Below are positions 1 through 10,392 of a DNA stretch of 64,000 bases, piece by piece. The position numbers and the translations under genes were made by a program. The first letter of the stretch is position 1; each line of letters begins with the position of its first letter. Source of the stretch: an uncultured Gammaproteobacteria bacterium (GTDB taxonomy: Bacteria; Patescibacteriota; Patescibacteriia; Magasanikbacterales; GWA2-37-8). The stretch spans positions 368,523 through 432,522 of the forward strand of contig CAYHBZ010000001.1 in NCBI GenBank assembly GCA_964355175.1, read 5' to 3'. The notes beneath the pieces are model-generated. The model had not been told where the DNA came from, did not search any database, and was given only the letters and a program-made list of their open reading frames with translations.

Positions 1-72
1 CAACGTATGTTCGGTGGCATGAACTAGAGTTTCATCTAAATCTAATACTAATAATTTTTTAAACCTAGGCAT
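1..72 (-). CDS. HAD-superfamily FCP1/NIF-like phosphatase, N-terminal 24 codons only (gene runs off window start)
   Basis: Reverse-complement of 1-72 translates MPRFKKLLVLDLDETLVHATEHTL. The DLDETLVH motif is the catalytic DxDx(T/V) signature of FCP1/NIF-type HAD phosphatases. The start codon is at 70-72. Confidence 0.35.
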   Translation of the reverse strand, partial: MPRFKKLLVLDLDETLVHATEHTL

Positions 73-97
73 ACTGCTTATCAAAATATATAAATTA

Positions 98-604
98 CTA
101 TACCCCCAAAACCCACAGGTCTTGTTTGGTATTTAAGCAACTTTTAGCAATATTAATTAACCCACTATTTATATCTTTAAGTTGCACCAACACTTCTTTC
201 CAATCGTTATCCCAATTAATATTAAAGAAATCACCGACTACATCCATAAACTTAGATTGAGGGGAGGAAATACTATATACATTTGATAAACTAACAAAAT
301 CGTCATATGTATTCACTAAATTTAAATTATTTAAATTTATATTTAATAACTCAATTAAACTAACAATATCTCTTTGTTCATATTTTGTCGGTCCAAAATA
401 ATTAAATTTCGCGTTACTCTTTTCAAAACTATTAGAAAACACATAGCCGTAAATAATATCGTCTAAAAACACAGAATCGCTGTTCCAATGTTGACTTATT
501 TTAGACCAATCTCCGACAAAAAATTCAACATAAGCAGACCCTTTTCTTTCATTATTTTTTACCAATCTTACAGAATTCTTACTCATAAATTTTATTCTCC
601 CCAT
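98..604 (-). CDS. hypothetical protein (168 aa), last gene of the toxin-like locus
   Basis: Intact ORF co-oriented with and 11 nt overlapping the upstream paralog gene. I recognise no family. Confidence 0.45.
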   Translation of the reverse strand: MGRIKFMSKNSVRLVKNNERKGSAYVEFFVGDWSKISQHWNSDSVFLDDIIYGYVFSNSFEKSNAKFNYFGPTKYEQRDIVSLIELLNINLNNLNLVNTYDDFVSLSNVYSISSPQSKFMDVVGDFFNINWDNDWKEVLVQLKDINSGLINIAKSCLNTKQDLWVLGV

Positions 605-1314
605 TTTTTTGGTTCTTTACCAGTTTTATCTTTCCACTCTTTTTCCAATCTTTTCTCCACCAATTCCCAATTCATCTTGTTTGAGCCTCCATTTTCCACA
701 TCTCTGAAATACCATATGCTTGGACCAATTGAAGCGCCATAATACAAAGAATTTTTTGGTGCCTCTTGCCACCGCCACCAATCTCTAATCAATAATTTTT
801 GAATCTCCTCTATTGTAATTATTTTTTCTTCTATAAATGGGTCAAGAAAATTTCTAGCGAACTGTTCATCAATACCAGGAAATATTTTTGCCTGATGCTC
901 CCAAAATACTTCAAAAAGTCGACGAGTTCTAAAACCTTTTGGTAAAATAAATATTAATAAATAAGCAAACTGAATAAAATAAGAAGGATACGGTTTGTAT
1001 GTTTTATAATTTTCTACGGTGTCCGTATTCTCATACCTATTATCATGTTCAAGTAAATAAATAATAAGATCTTCAACTCCTTCTTTACCAAATTCATTAA
1101 GCAAAGTATCAAATAACTCTTGGTGGTTGTCTATAGATATTAAATTTGGGGATATAGAGTCTTCTTTATGAGAACTAATTACTTTGCGATTGCGCATCAA
1201 TGTCCACCTATAAAAATTACCCGTAAAACTCTCTATTTTTTCAGGATCTTCAGTCATCCAATTCAATAAAATATCAAAGGCTTTTTGTAAATCTAATTTT
1301 TTTTGATTAATCAT
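592..1314 (-). CDS. hypothetical protein, tandem paralog A (240 aa); candidate immunity-like protein
   Basis: Shares a ~100-aa identical core (…IDNHQELFDTLLNEFGKEGVEDLIIYLLEHDNRYENTDTVENYKTYKPYPSYFIQFAYLLIFILPKGFRTRRLFEVFWEHQ) with the adjacent ORF at 1307-2002. The termini are divergent. Confidence 0.55.
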   Translation of the reverse strand: MINQKKLDLQKAFDILLNWMTEDPEKIESFTGNFYRWTLMRNRKVISSHKEDSISPNLISIDNHQELFDTLLNEFGKEGVEDLIIYLLEHDNRYENTDTVENYKTYKPYPSYFIQFAYLLIFILPKGFRTRRLFEVFWEHQAKIFPGIDEQFARNFLDPFIEEKIITIEEIQKLLIRDWWRWQEAPKNSLYYGASIGPSIWYFRDVENGGSNKMNWELVEKRLEKEWKDKTGKEPKKWGE

Positions 1315-2002
1315 ATAAAACTAATTTTAAGTAATCGTCACTCCTTGGTTGTTTTTTATATTTGCGATACCAATCTTCAACCAATTGTTTTTCGACTTTT
1401 TTCCATTCGTCAAAACCATAATAAGTTACTATTAGCCAAGGCGAAATCCTACTATCAGCTTCTCCACTACTCTGCCATTTTTGCCACTGTTTTATAATAA
1501 GAGCTTGAATCTCTTCCTTACTAGTTACACCTTCATCTATAAAGGGGTCAAAATACCTACGAACATAGAGCTCATCTACCCCACGACCAATCCTTTCCTG
1601 ATGCTCCCAAAATACTTCAAAAAGTCGACGAGTTCTAAAACCTTTTGGTAAAATAAATATTAATAAATAAGCAAACTGAATAAAATAAGAAGGATACGGT
1701 TTGTATGTTTTATAATTTTCTACGGTGTCCGTATTCTCATACCTATTATCATGTTCAAGTAAATAAATAATAAGATCTTCAACTCCTTCTTTACCAAATT
1801 CATTAAGCAAAGTATCAAATAACTCTTGGTGGTTGTCTATAACAGTGAAACGCGGACTTATTGAATCGCTTTTTCTATCATTTGGCCATTTTCTAAGGTA
1901 ATTTACCCAATTATAAAATTTTTTCCTAAATAATTCTACATAACTAGAATTATTAGTTTTCCAATCCAATAAAATACTGAAGGCTTTTTGTAAATCTAAC
2001 AT
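1307..2002 (-). CDS. hypothetical protein, tandem paralog B (231 aa); candidate immunity-like protein
   Basis: Paralog of 592-1314 with an identical core and divergent N- and C-termini. It lies immediately downstream of the large secreted protein. Confidence 0.55.
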   Translation of the reverse strand: MLDLQKAFSILLDWKTNNSSYVELFRKKFYNWVNYLRKWPNDRKSDSISPRFTVIDNHQELFDTLLNEFGKEGVEDLIIYLLEHDNRYENTDTVENYKTYKPYPSYFIQFAYLLIFILPKGFRTRRLFEVFWEHQERIGRGVDELYVRRYFDPFIDEGVTSKEEIQALIIKQWQKWQSSGEADSRISPWLIVTYYGFDEWKKVEKQLVEDWYRKYKKQPRSDDYLKLVLYD

Positions 2003-2014
2003 AGAAAATAAATA

Positions 2015-5000
2015 CTATTCAAATTTTTTAATCACATCAATTTTAACGCCAGGATATGCACTTTGGATAGTTGATTTAACATCTTCTAAACTCTCGGCAC
2101 TAGGATAAAAATGTCCAGAACTATTATCTATTTCGATCAGATCCTTAGCTTTAAATTTGATAGTACCCGCCGACCTAACATCAGCTCCACCGCTTAATAT
2201 CGGGTGAGGAAACGGCTTATAATTACCGCGCGGAGATATAACCACTTCACCATTTTGTTTTAAAACATATATAATTTCGTCACCTTTTTGTGTTAAACTC
2301 AATAAATAATCATCATTTATTGCTTTCTTCAAACTATAAAATCCATACTGCAAATCGCCTTTTAAATACCCGTCCACTACGGCATTTTTAAGCTGGAAAC
2401 CAGGATAATCAAACGCTTTATTATACCAACTAGCCTCACCGCTACTAATATATTTTTCAAGCACACCAAATATTGGTTTGCCTTCAAATTTTCCTACTTT
2501 AGCAACACCGTTAAGAGTTTCTACGGTATTTTCCGTTACATCACTCAGCTTAGAAATTACTTTCACATCCTCCCCTAATTTATCCATTAATTTTACTTTA
2601 CTAACAGCTTTTAATTTACTCGCTGGAACATAAATTAACAAAATCTCACCTGCTATTTTTCCTCCAACATAGTTTGCTCTTGCCTGGCAACCATTTGGAC
2701 CAATCGAGGTATTATATTCATCTACTAGAGAATTATACGCCGCATTGCCAGAAGATTTTAAGAAATCTATAACATCCTTTTTGCTTATTCCGCTAGCTTT
2801 TTTGGCAATCTCATAGGCCTTATCAGAAGTTTCACCAATATTTATCACCCCTTTTATCAACGGCATTACTAACGAAAAAATATCATCAACTGTTTTTACA
2901 CCAGTATCAAATATACCTTGAACCATTATTAATTCTAAAATAATCGGATTTTTTAGATCTTTATACAACTCACAGCGATACTTCTTGAAAGTCTCAATTA
3001 CAGTAGCACCCGTAGATAAATTCCAACCCACCTCCTGATCATTCTCAAACTCTTGATAAATAACCCCGTTGCGTTTATTTGGATCACCTTCTGGAAAACC
3101 TAAATTTCCACCTGTACCACCATTGGCATTATGCACTTCGGTCAGTTTGCCATAAGTATAATAAATCCACGGCCAAGCCCAGCGTTTATAATAATACATC
3201 TGCCCGTTAACAAAATTTTGGTAAACACCGCTAGTGCCATATTTACTACTAGCCGCACTCGATTCGTCACTTGTAGGAAAACCTACAATTTTTATAATTT
3301 CATTATCATTTTTACCAGCTTTATCCAAAAATCCAGCTTTAAGTCTGTACGCCTGTCCGCTGTTACCATCTGGCACAAAATACACGGTCTCGTAATTACT
3401 GTTGTCACAATTATTCCAACCATTACCAGTACAAATTGGCTGGCGATAAGTACCCAATACACTAGAAAATTTTAAAGTATATTTATTGGTCACGGAACCT
3501 ATATTGTTAATATAAGAACTAAGTTTGTTTTGAACTTCAACTTTAGAGTACCACTTATTATATTTATTTGGACTAAAAAATTTAGCGCCATTGGAAGCTA
3601 ATATATACACATGCTGAACCGAACCAAAATTTACCGTGTCTTTCCAACAAGGAAAACCGTAGGATGAATCCCATCCAGAATTATTTTTAATATAATCATA
3701 CTGCGCCTTGGTTGGGACGCATTGAATAGAATCTACCGAACGCCCGTCTTCATAAGCATAATATTGAGTTGCTTGATCAAATACATAATAATATTTTAAC
3801 ATCTGTGTGATAGTGTCGGTATAAGCCAAATATTGTCCGACCTCTGTAGTATTTCCACCATTCATCTGAGCCTGCTCCCCGATAGCATAGGTACCAGTAC
3901 CGTCAGAAGAGAGCGAGACATACAATATACCCGTCCATACTCCATCGGTGATAGCTTTGTCTGGAGTGACCACTGTATTGCCGGCTTGCACATCTGTGTG
4001 CATATTTTGTTTGGTGTTGGCCGTCAAATTTAACGTGTCAATAATATTTTCATTTGTTTTGGTAATATTATGCACGATATAATCGCTAAGATGCGCGTAA
4101 GCATATTGCAAACCTTTCACTGTAGAAATACCTTTCAGACCAGTAATATCATTAAAAATTTGTCCTTCATAATATGACGCGTCCAAACCCCAGAGCAAAC
4201 GAAAATCTTTGCGATGATTATTAAAAATACCGCGATTGGACCAGTCATTGATATACGATGAAGCATCTATAGTGAGACCTTTGAAATCAAAAGTGGTAGG
4301 CGTACCGTCTATGGAAGATAAAATTCTGTTTTGAGTCACTACCGCGCGTGTGAACACGGTATTGCGACGATAGTCCAATGCTTTTTCCAGAGTATCACCG
4401 GTCTCTTCCAGATGTTGTAAATATTTACTGGCCAAGACGCTGTTGCCTTGCAATAATATTTTAGAATTGGTATCCAAGTTTGGATCTACCTGTACTCTAG
4501 ACAGAGAAACCGCTATGCCTTCGCTATTGCCGGCAATGGAAAACTTTTCATCGGAATATATTTTGGTACCATTTTGAATATAATCAAAACGCAATATCAA
4601 TTGATCGCCTATCTTTATATTATTATCGGTATCATAGTGCGCGTATCCAGCCAACATGTACGGCTTAATATTAACCAAAGCCGCTGGCGTAGCGTGAATA
4701 CCACCATAACTATCTATTACTTGTTTATCGACATCGGTAGCGCCTTCATAGGACAGACTAATCTCCGCGTTGTTTATTTCACTGCCAAAAAATTCATGTT
4801 CAAATACTACACTGTTATCACTTTCTTTAAGTAAAGAAATTTTTACTTGAGCACGATAATTATCCGGAACAGAAGACCAAGCTACTGGCTGAATCAAACT
4901 ACCACCCACATTACCGGTGTGAGTATAATATGGCAAAGTTGGCGGCAATATTTGGAATTCATCAATGACACCAACATTAGCGGATTGAAAACCGGCATTA

Positions 5001-6520
5001 GCTATATCTTTACCAGTAGAATTTTTTAAATCCTGAGAATATTTTTGCAATGGAGACAGCGTTCCGGAATATTGCAAAAATCCATCCCAAAAAATTTGAG
5101 TATTGAAATTGGCGGTATCGTGTACTATTTCATTTTTAGTACGGTTATAAGTTTTCACGACCGCATCAATAGGAATCCACTGTTTTTTGCCATACCCCTG
5201 CAATAGATTTTGGACATCGGCCGTGGTAGTAGCGTTGGCAAAAGATAAAATATTATCAATATTTGCTCCACGTTCATCATAATCATAATACGCTTCCACA
5301 AATACCCATTCCAGACCTAGAGCGGTTTCGTTGGAAAAATCATAGTCCTCGGCTTTGCCATTAAATGTGCCGGCGGATAAAGTGTATACCGGCACTTTAT
5401 TCATAGCCCAAGCCAAATAAGCGGTCTTGAGCTCATCAACACCCAATAAATTTTTTATCTGCTCCACATTCATTTGTACCACACTTTTTTTATAGCGAGC
5501 GGGAATGCCGGCGGCGCGCAACAAAGAAATTGTAAGTGAGCTGGCGTCAAAATCATTACAGACTTTTTCTCTTAGACAACCTAGACTACCTTTTTTCGCG
5601 CCAAAATATGGCTCGTAAGAAATATTCTGACGAACAAAATTTAAAATTTTGACTGGATTATTATTTAGTGAGTTGGCCAAATCCTGAATTTCGCTGTTCA
5701 CCACTACCTCATTATCGGCTTTCACATCGCTGATAGTCGGTAAATATTGGCTATCGGCAGAAACTTGGTCTATTTTAAAGGCCTTATTAAAAATATCTAA
5801 AAGTTTCGGAGCGGGCGGTTCATTTATAGCCCCTTGCAGAGTCTGAATCTTTACTTCATCGGTATTAAATTTAAACTCTGCCGGCTGGGCAGGAATACGA
5901 AATGTTTCACGATCATTAATGTTTGATTTGGAATCTAACCCCAAAATTTCTTTAGTTCTACCCAAGACTCTTTCTATGAAAGTAGGTGTTTCATTCTTTA
6001 ATTTTTTTAATTGTTTATTGAGTAAATCAAAATAGGCTGATTGGTTGCCACTATCCAAATCCAGTTTATCCAAACGATCTTTTTCTGACTGAACAAAACG
6101 CTCAAAATCAGAACTGGAAATTTCTTTGCTTTTATCCAGACCATTCAAACGGCGCATCAAGACAGAATATTCCGGTAATCTTTCTACGACTGGCGTAGAG
6201 GTAACAGCGACCACAGTTTCAGGTGTGACCACGACACTATCAGAAACCGCTTCGGTGTCTATATGGCGCGATTCAACAACCGACTCCGTATCACTAGCCA
6301 CGGTAGTGGAAACAACGAAACTCACATCGCCTATATGGGCTATGGTTGTATCTGAAGATGGAATCTCGACACTTGAAGAAACGGTAGGCTCGATTACATC
6401 CACCAAGCTCAAAGTAGAAGATTCTAGCTCTTGAGCCAAAACCGGAGCAACCGGCATTAAAACCAATTGTAATATTATCAATGAGATGACAGGTTTTAAT
6501 AAGTATTTGGCAATGGACAT
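2015..6520 (-). CDS. large secreted multidomain protein (1501 aa) with a transglutaminase-like cysteine-protease core, an LGFP-type repeat and a C-terminal module of unknown function
   Basis: N-terminal signal peptide (MSIAKYLLKPVISLIILQLVLMPVAPVLAQE) followed by an S/T/V-rich linker. The motif GCLREKVCNDFDASSLTISLLRAAGIPARY matches the transglutaminase-like core signature (C..[FY]A..L...LRA.GIPAR). GNLGFPEGD…GVIYQEF resembles an LGFP repeat. The C-terminal ~120 aa (…HPILSGGADVRSAGTIKF…IDNSSGHFYPS…) is unassigned. Confidence 0.7.
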   Translation of the reverse strand: MSIAKYLLKPVISLIILQLVLMPVAPVLAQELESSTLSLVDVIEPTVSSSVEIPSSDTTIAHIGDVSFVVSTTVASDTESVVESRHIDTEAVSDSVVVTPETVVAVTSTPVVERLPEYSVLMRRLNGLDKSKEISSSDFERFVQSEKDRLDKLDLDSGNQSAYFDLLNKQLKKLKNETPTFIERVLGRTKEILGLDSKSNINDRETFRIPAQPAEFKFNTDEVKIQTLQGAINEPPAPKLLDIFNKAFKIDQVSADSQYLPTISDVKADNEVVVNSEIQDLANSLNNNPVKILNFVRQNISYEPYFGAKKGSLGCLREKVCNDFDASSLTISLLRAAGIPARYKKSVVQMNVEQIKNLLGVDELKTAYLAWAMNKVPVYTLSAGTFNGKAEDYDFSNETALGLEWVFVEAYYDYDERGANIDNILSFANATTTADVQNLLQGYGKKQWIPIDAVVKTYNRTKNEIVHDTANFNTQIFWDGFLQYSGTLSPLQKYSQDLKNSTGKDIANAGFQSANVGVIDEFQILPPTLPYYTHTGNVGGSLIQPVAWSSVPDNYRAQVKISLLKESDNSVVFEHEFFGSEINNAEISLSYEGATDVDKQVIDSYGGIHATPAALVNIKPYMLAGYAHYDTDNNIKIGDQLILRFDYIQNGTKIYSDEKFSIAGNSEGIAVSLSRVQVDPNLDTNSKILLQGNSVLASKYLQHLEETGDTLEKALDYRRNTVFTRAVVTQNRILSSIDGTPTTFDFKGLTIDASSYINDWSNRGIFNNHRKDFRLLWGLDASYYEGQIFNDITGLKGISTVKGLQYAYAHLSDYIVHNITKTNENIIDTLNLTANTKQNMHTDVQAGNTVVTPDKAITDGVWTGILYVSLSSDGTGTYAIGEQAQMNGGNTTEVGQYLAYTDTITQMLKYYYVFDQATQYYAYEDGRSVDSIQCVPTKAQYDYIKNNSGWDSSYGFPCWKDTVNFGSVQHVYILASNGAKFFSPNKYNKWYSKVEVQNKLSSYINNIGSVTNKYTLKFSSVLGTYRQPICTGNGWNNCDNSNYETVYFVPDGNSGQAYRLKAGFLDKAGKNDNEIIKIVGFPTSDESSAASSKYGTSGVYQNFVNGQMYYYKRWAWPWIYYTYGKLTEVHNANGGTGGNLGFPEGDPNKRNGVIYQEFENDQEVGWNLSTGATVIETFKKYRCELYKDLKNPIILELIMVQGIFDTGVKTVDDIFSLVMPLIKGVINIGETSDKAYEIAKKASGISKKDVIDFLKSSGNAAYNSLVDEYNTSIGPNGCQARANYVGGKIAGEILLIYVPASKLKAVSKVKLMDKLGEDVKVISKLSDVTENTVETLNGVAKVGKFEGKPIFGVLEKYISSGEASWYNKAFDYPGFQLKNAVVDGYLKGDLQYGFYSLKKAINDDYLLSLTQKGDEIIYVLKQNGEVVISPRGNYKPFPHPILSGGADVRSAGTIKFKAKDLIEIDNSSGHFYPSAESLEDVKSTIQSAYPGVKIDVIKKFE

Positions 6521-6713
6521 AATATTTAAAAACTTTATTTAAACAAAAAACTCCTCAAACATGAGGAGTTACAAACAAAAATAAACTGAGCCAAAGGCTA
6601 TAATTGGGCAAGTTTTTTCTCTAATTACAGGCATAAATGCCAAAAAATGATTAAAACTATTGCCTATAGCCAACCATATTTTGGCATTGTTGTCAAATAA
6701 AGGCTGAGTAGAG

Positions 6714-6752
6714 GTAAAAAAAACAGTCCTGACTGAGTCAGGACTGTTTTCA
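6714..6752 (-). terminator. rho-independent terminator of groEL
   Basis: Perfect 11-bp stem acagtcctgac/gtcaggactgt with a 3-nt loop. On the minus strand it is followed by a T8 run, 25 nt after the groEL stop. Confidence 0.65.
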
Positions 6753-6776
6753 TAAACAATAATTACAGGACTAGAT

Positions 6777-8426
<1,650 letters not shown>

Positions 8427-8440
8427 TTAATATATTAATT

Positions 8441-8498
8441 GTCATCCCGAACGCAGTGAGGGATCTTGGTAAAGATTCCTCGTTTCACTCGGAATGAC
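8441..8498. repeat. palindromic repeat pair (two 25-nt units, GTCATCCCGAACGCAGTGAGGGATC and GATTCCTCGTTTCACTCGGAATGAC) in the groES-groEL spacer
   Basis: Each unit is a hairpin, and the two units are imperfect inverted copies of each other. Related units occur at 42916-42980, and an exact 25-mer copy at 42411-42435. Confidence 0.6.
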
Positions 8499-8508
8499 AT
8501 TCGTTCAT

Positions 8509-8814
8509 TTATTCAAAAGTGGCTACAATATCGTTTTTATCTTCACCGGATCCTACATATAAAATTTTATAAGTTTCTTCATTGCTACCTTGACCTACTT
8601 TTATTTCTTCGCCTCCCCATTTTTTAAACAATACCTTATCTCCTACCTTCAAACCTAGTCTGACAATCGCTTCACCGTTGCCTACTGCCACTATACTACC
8701 TTCCGCTTTTTTCTCTTTATCGACGGCGGATGGTAACAAAATACCAGAGGCGGTGACTTCCTCTTCTTTGGCTGGTTTTACCACCACTCGATCGCCCAAT
8801 GGCTTGATATTCAT
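8509..8814 (-). CDS. groS: co-chaperonin GroES (10 kDa)
   Basis: 101 aa, MNIKPLGDRVVVKP…, the canonical GroES sequence. Located immediately upstream of groEL. Confidence 0.95.
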   Translation of the reverse strand: MNIKPLGDRVVVKPAKEEEVTASGILLPSAVDKEKKAEGSIVAVGNGEAIVRLGLKVGDKVLFKKWGGEEIKVGQGSNEETYKILYVGSGEDKNDIVATFE

Positions 8815-8836
8815 ACTATGAAATTAAAATATTAAT

Positions 8837-8863
8837 TTTTATCACTCAAATTGTTTGAGTGAT
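8837..8863 (-). promoter_or_regulatory. CIRCE (HrcA operator) inverted repeat upstream of groES
   Basis: TTATCACTC-N9-GAGTGATAA against the consensus TTAGCACTC-N9-GAGTGCTAA. The 9-nt spacer is exact, and the two half-sites carry one symmetric mismatch each. It lies 23 nt upstream of the groES start. Confidence 0.7.
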
Positions 8864-9111
8864 AATTATCATTATTTTAATGGATTTTTATTAAGTTTGT
8901 CAAGATTTAGCAGTTCAAATTTCCACATTTTTTCCACAGTAAAATTTGGCTTACTTAAAACAAAAATCCAGAGTTGGAGACGAACTCTTAGCGCCGTCCA
9001 TATATTGTCCGGACTATGCCTGTCTATGGTGTAGCCCGAAGCTATGGCGAACGCAAGGGTCTGTCCCCAATTCTGGGTTCTTATCTCAGTTCTATAGTTT
9101 GTGTATGGAGT

Positions 9112-10386
9112 TTACTCCTTTGGAACAGAAGTGTCAATGTAGCGAATTTTGATAGCCAGAGCAAAAATCAGACCAAAAAAAATCCAACCGGTAAACATAC
9201 TCAGCACCCAGTGATCAAAAAAACCACTAGCCAGAATCGGCACTATCAGGGCTATTTGCGACTCTCGTCTTTTATACAAGAGACGCAGACCAAATATTAC
9301 AAGCACGGCTCCAGCCAGACCAAATTGTCCAATAAAAAGCAAATAGATATTGTGAATTGGAGAAAAATAATTGGCCGAATACCCGGGATGAATAGCTTCT
9401 AGAGCTACTGGGTAATTGCCTGGCCCTACCCCAAATAATGGATCCTCTAAGAAAATAATTTTAAAATCTTGCCACTGGGTAAGGCGCTCAGAAATGGATT
9501 TACTTTCTAGACGATTATTAAAATTGGCGCGAGTAAATAATAAGTTATAAAAAGAAAAAGATAAAATCAACGCTACCAAGACATAAATCACTGCCTGTTT
9601 TATGAGCCAAATATTTTTTTTATTCTCCCAGGCTAAAACCAACGCTCCCGCCAATAGACCTAAATAGGCGCCGCGGGAAAAAGAAAAAAATAAAGCAGCC
9701 AGAATTATCGACTGACCAACCAACAAACCAACCCGCCAACGAAAATTTTTGGTTTTTAAAATTAAAATTATTCCCAAGACAAAAACGGTGGCCAAATATA
9801 TTCCCAAAGCATTGGGAGAACCAAAAGTGCCGTACGCCCTCAGCCAGCGCTCGTCGCCCAGCTGAATTACGGAGGCACCGATGTCGGCTGGATTATGCGC
9901 GGCCATCCCTAGCCACTTATTGGCTGATACCGACTGAGAAAAAAACTGATAAATTCCCAAAATTGACGGGACTAAACTACCAAACCAAACAAATAAACTA
10001 ATTTTATAAAAACTAAATTCACTTTCCAAAATAATAACCGACAAACAAGCGCCATAAATAATCCAATTGATATATTGCCAGCCCAGATCGCGATTGTCGC
10101 CAACTAAAAAGTAAAAAGCGAATATAGCATAAATCCCCAAGATAGCCACCACACGCTTTATATTGGGCAATTGTAATCGAGCGCGAAAGTTTTTATCTCT
10201 GAGCCGGTCTATTATCCAAAATAATATCACTATCCCCGTCAAAATTTCACTACCATACAAAGACAAACTACCATATTCCCAAAATTTTTCCTGGATATAA
10301 ACGCTCTTATATATTAGTCTGGTCTGCCACGGTAGTACCAAAAGCAAGGCAAGTAGTAAATAATTTTTAATTTTAGAAATAGTCAT
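9112..10386 (-). CDS. O-antigen ligase (Wzy_C)-like polytopic membrane protein
   Basis: 424 aa with ~10 predicted TM helices. It has the LPWQTRLIY N-terminal motif and the overall architecture typical of O-antigen ligase family proteins. Confidence 0.5.
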   Translation of the reverse strand: MTISKIKNYLLLALLLVLPWQTRLIYKSVYIQEKFWEYGSLSLYGSEILTGIVILFWIIDRLRDKNFRARLQLPNIKRVVAILGIYAIFAFYFLVGDNRDLGWQYINWIIYGACLSVIILESEFSFYKISLFVWFGSLVPSILGIYQFFSQSVSANKWLGMAAHNPADIGASVIQLGDERWLRAYGTFGSPNALGIYLATVFVLGIILILKTKNFRWRVGLLVGQSIILAALFFSFSRGAYLGLLAGALVLAWENKKNIWLIKQAVIYVLVALILSFSFYNLLFTRANFNNRLESKSISERLTQWQDFKIIFLEDPLFGVGPGNYPVALEAIHPGYSANYFSPIHNIYLLFIGQFGLAGAVLVIFGLRLLYKRRESQIALIVPILASGFFDHWVLSMFTGWIFFGLIFALAIKIRYIDTSVPKE

Positions 10387-10392
10387 ATAATT

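Noticed and set aside
8441-8498. Possibility that the GTCATTCC palindromic units are a CRISPR array
   Set aside because: Only two units per locus, arranged as inverted rather than direct repeats. There are no regularly spaced unique spacers and no cas genes.
8864-8945. Candidate groES promoter TTGACA…TAAAAT upstream of CIRCE
   Set aside because: On careful counting the spacer is 20 nt (TTGACA at 8898-8903, TAAAAT at 8872-8877). That is too long for a confident sigma70 call, so I have not reported it.
9016-9402. Plus-strand ORF of 128 aa overlapping the 3' end of the O-antigen-ligase-like gene
   Set aside because: It overlaps a well-formed polytopic membrane-protein gene on the opposite strand. 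It has no recognisable features and a low-complexity translation.
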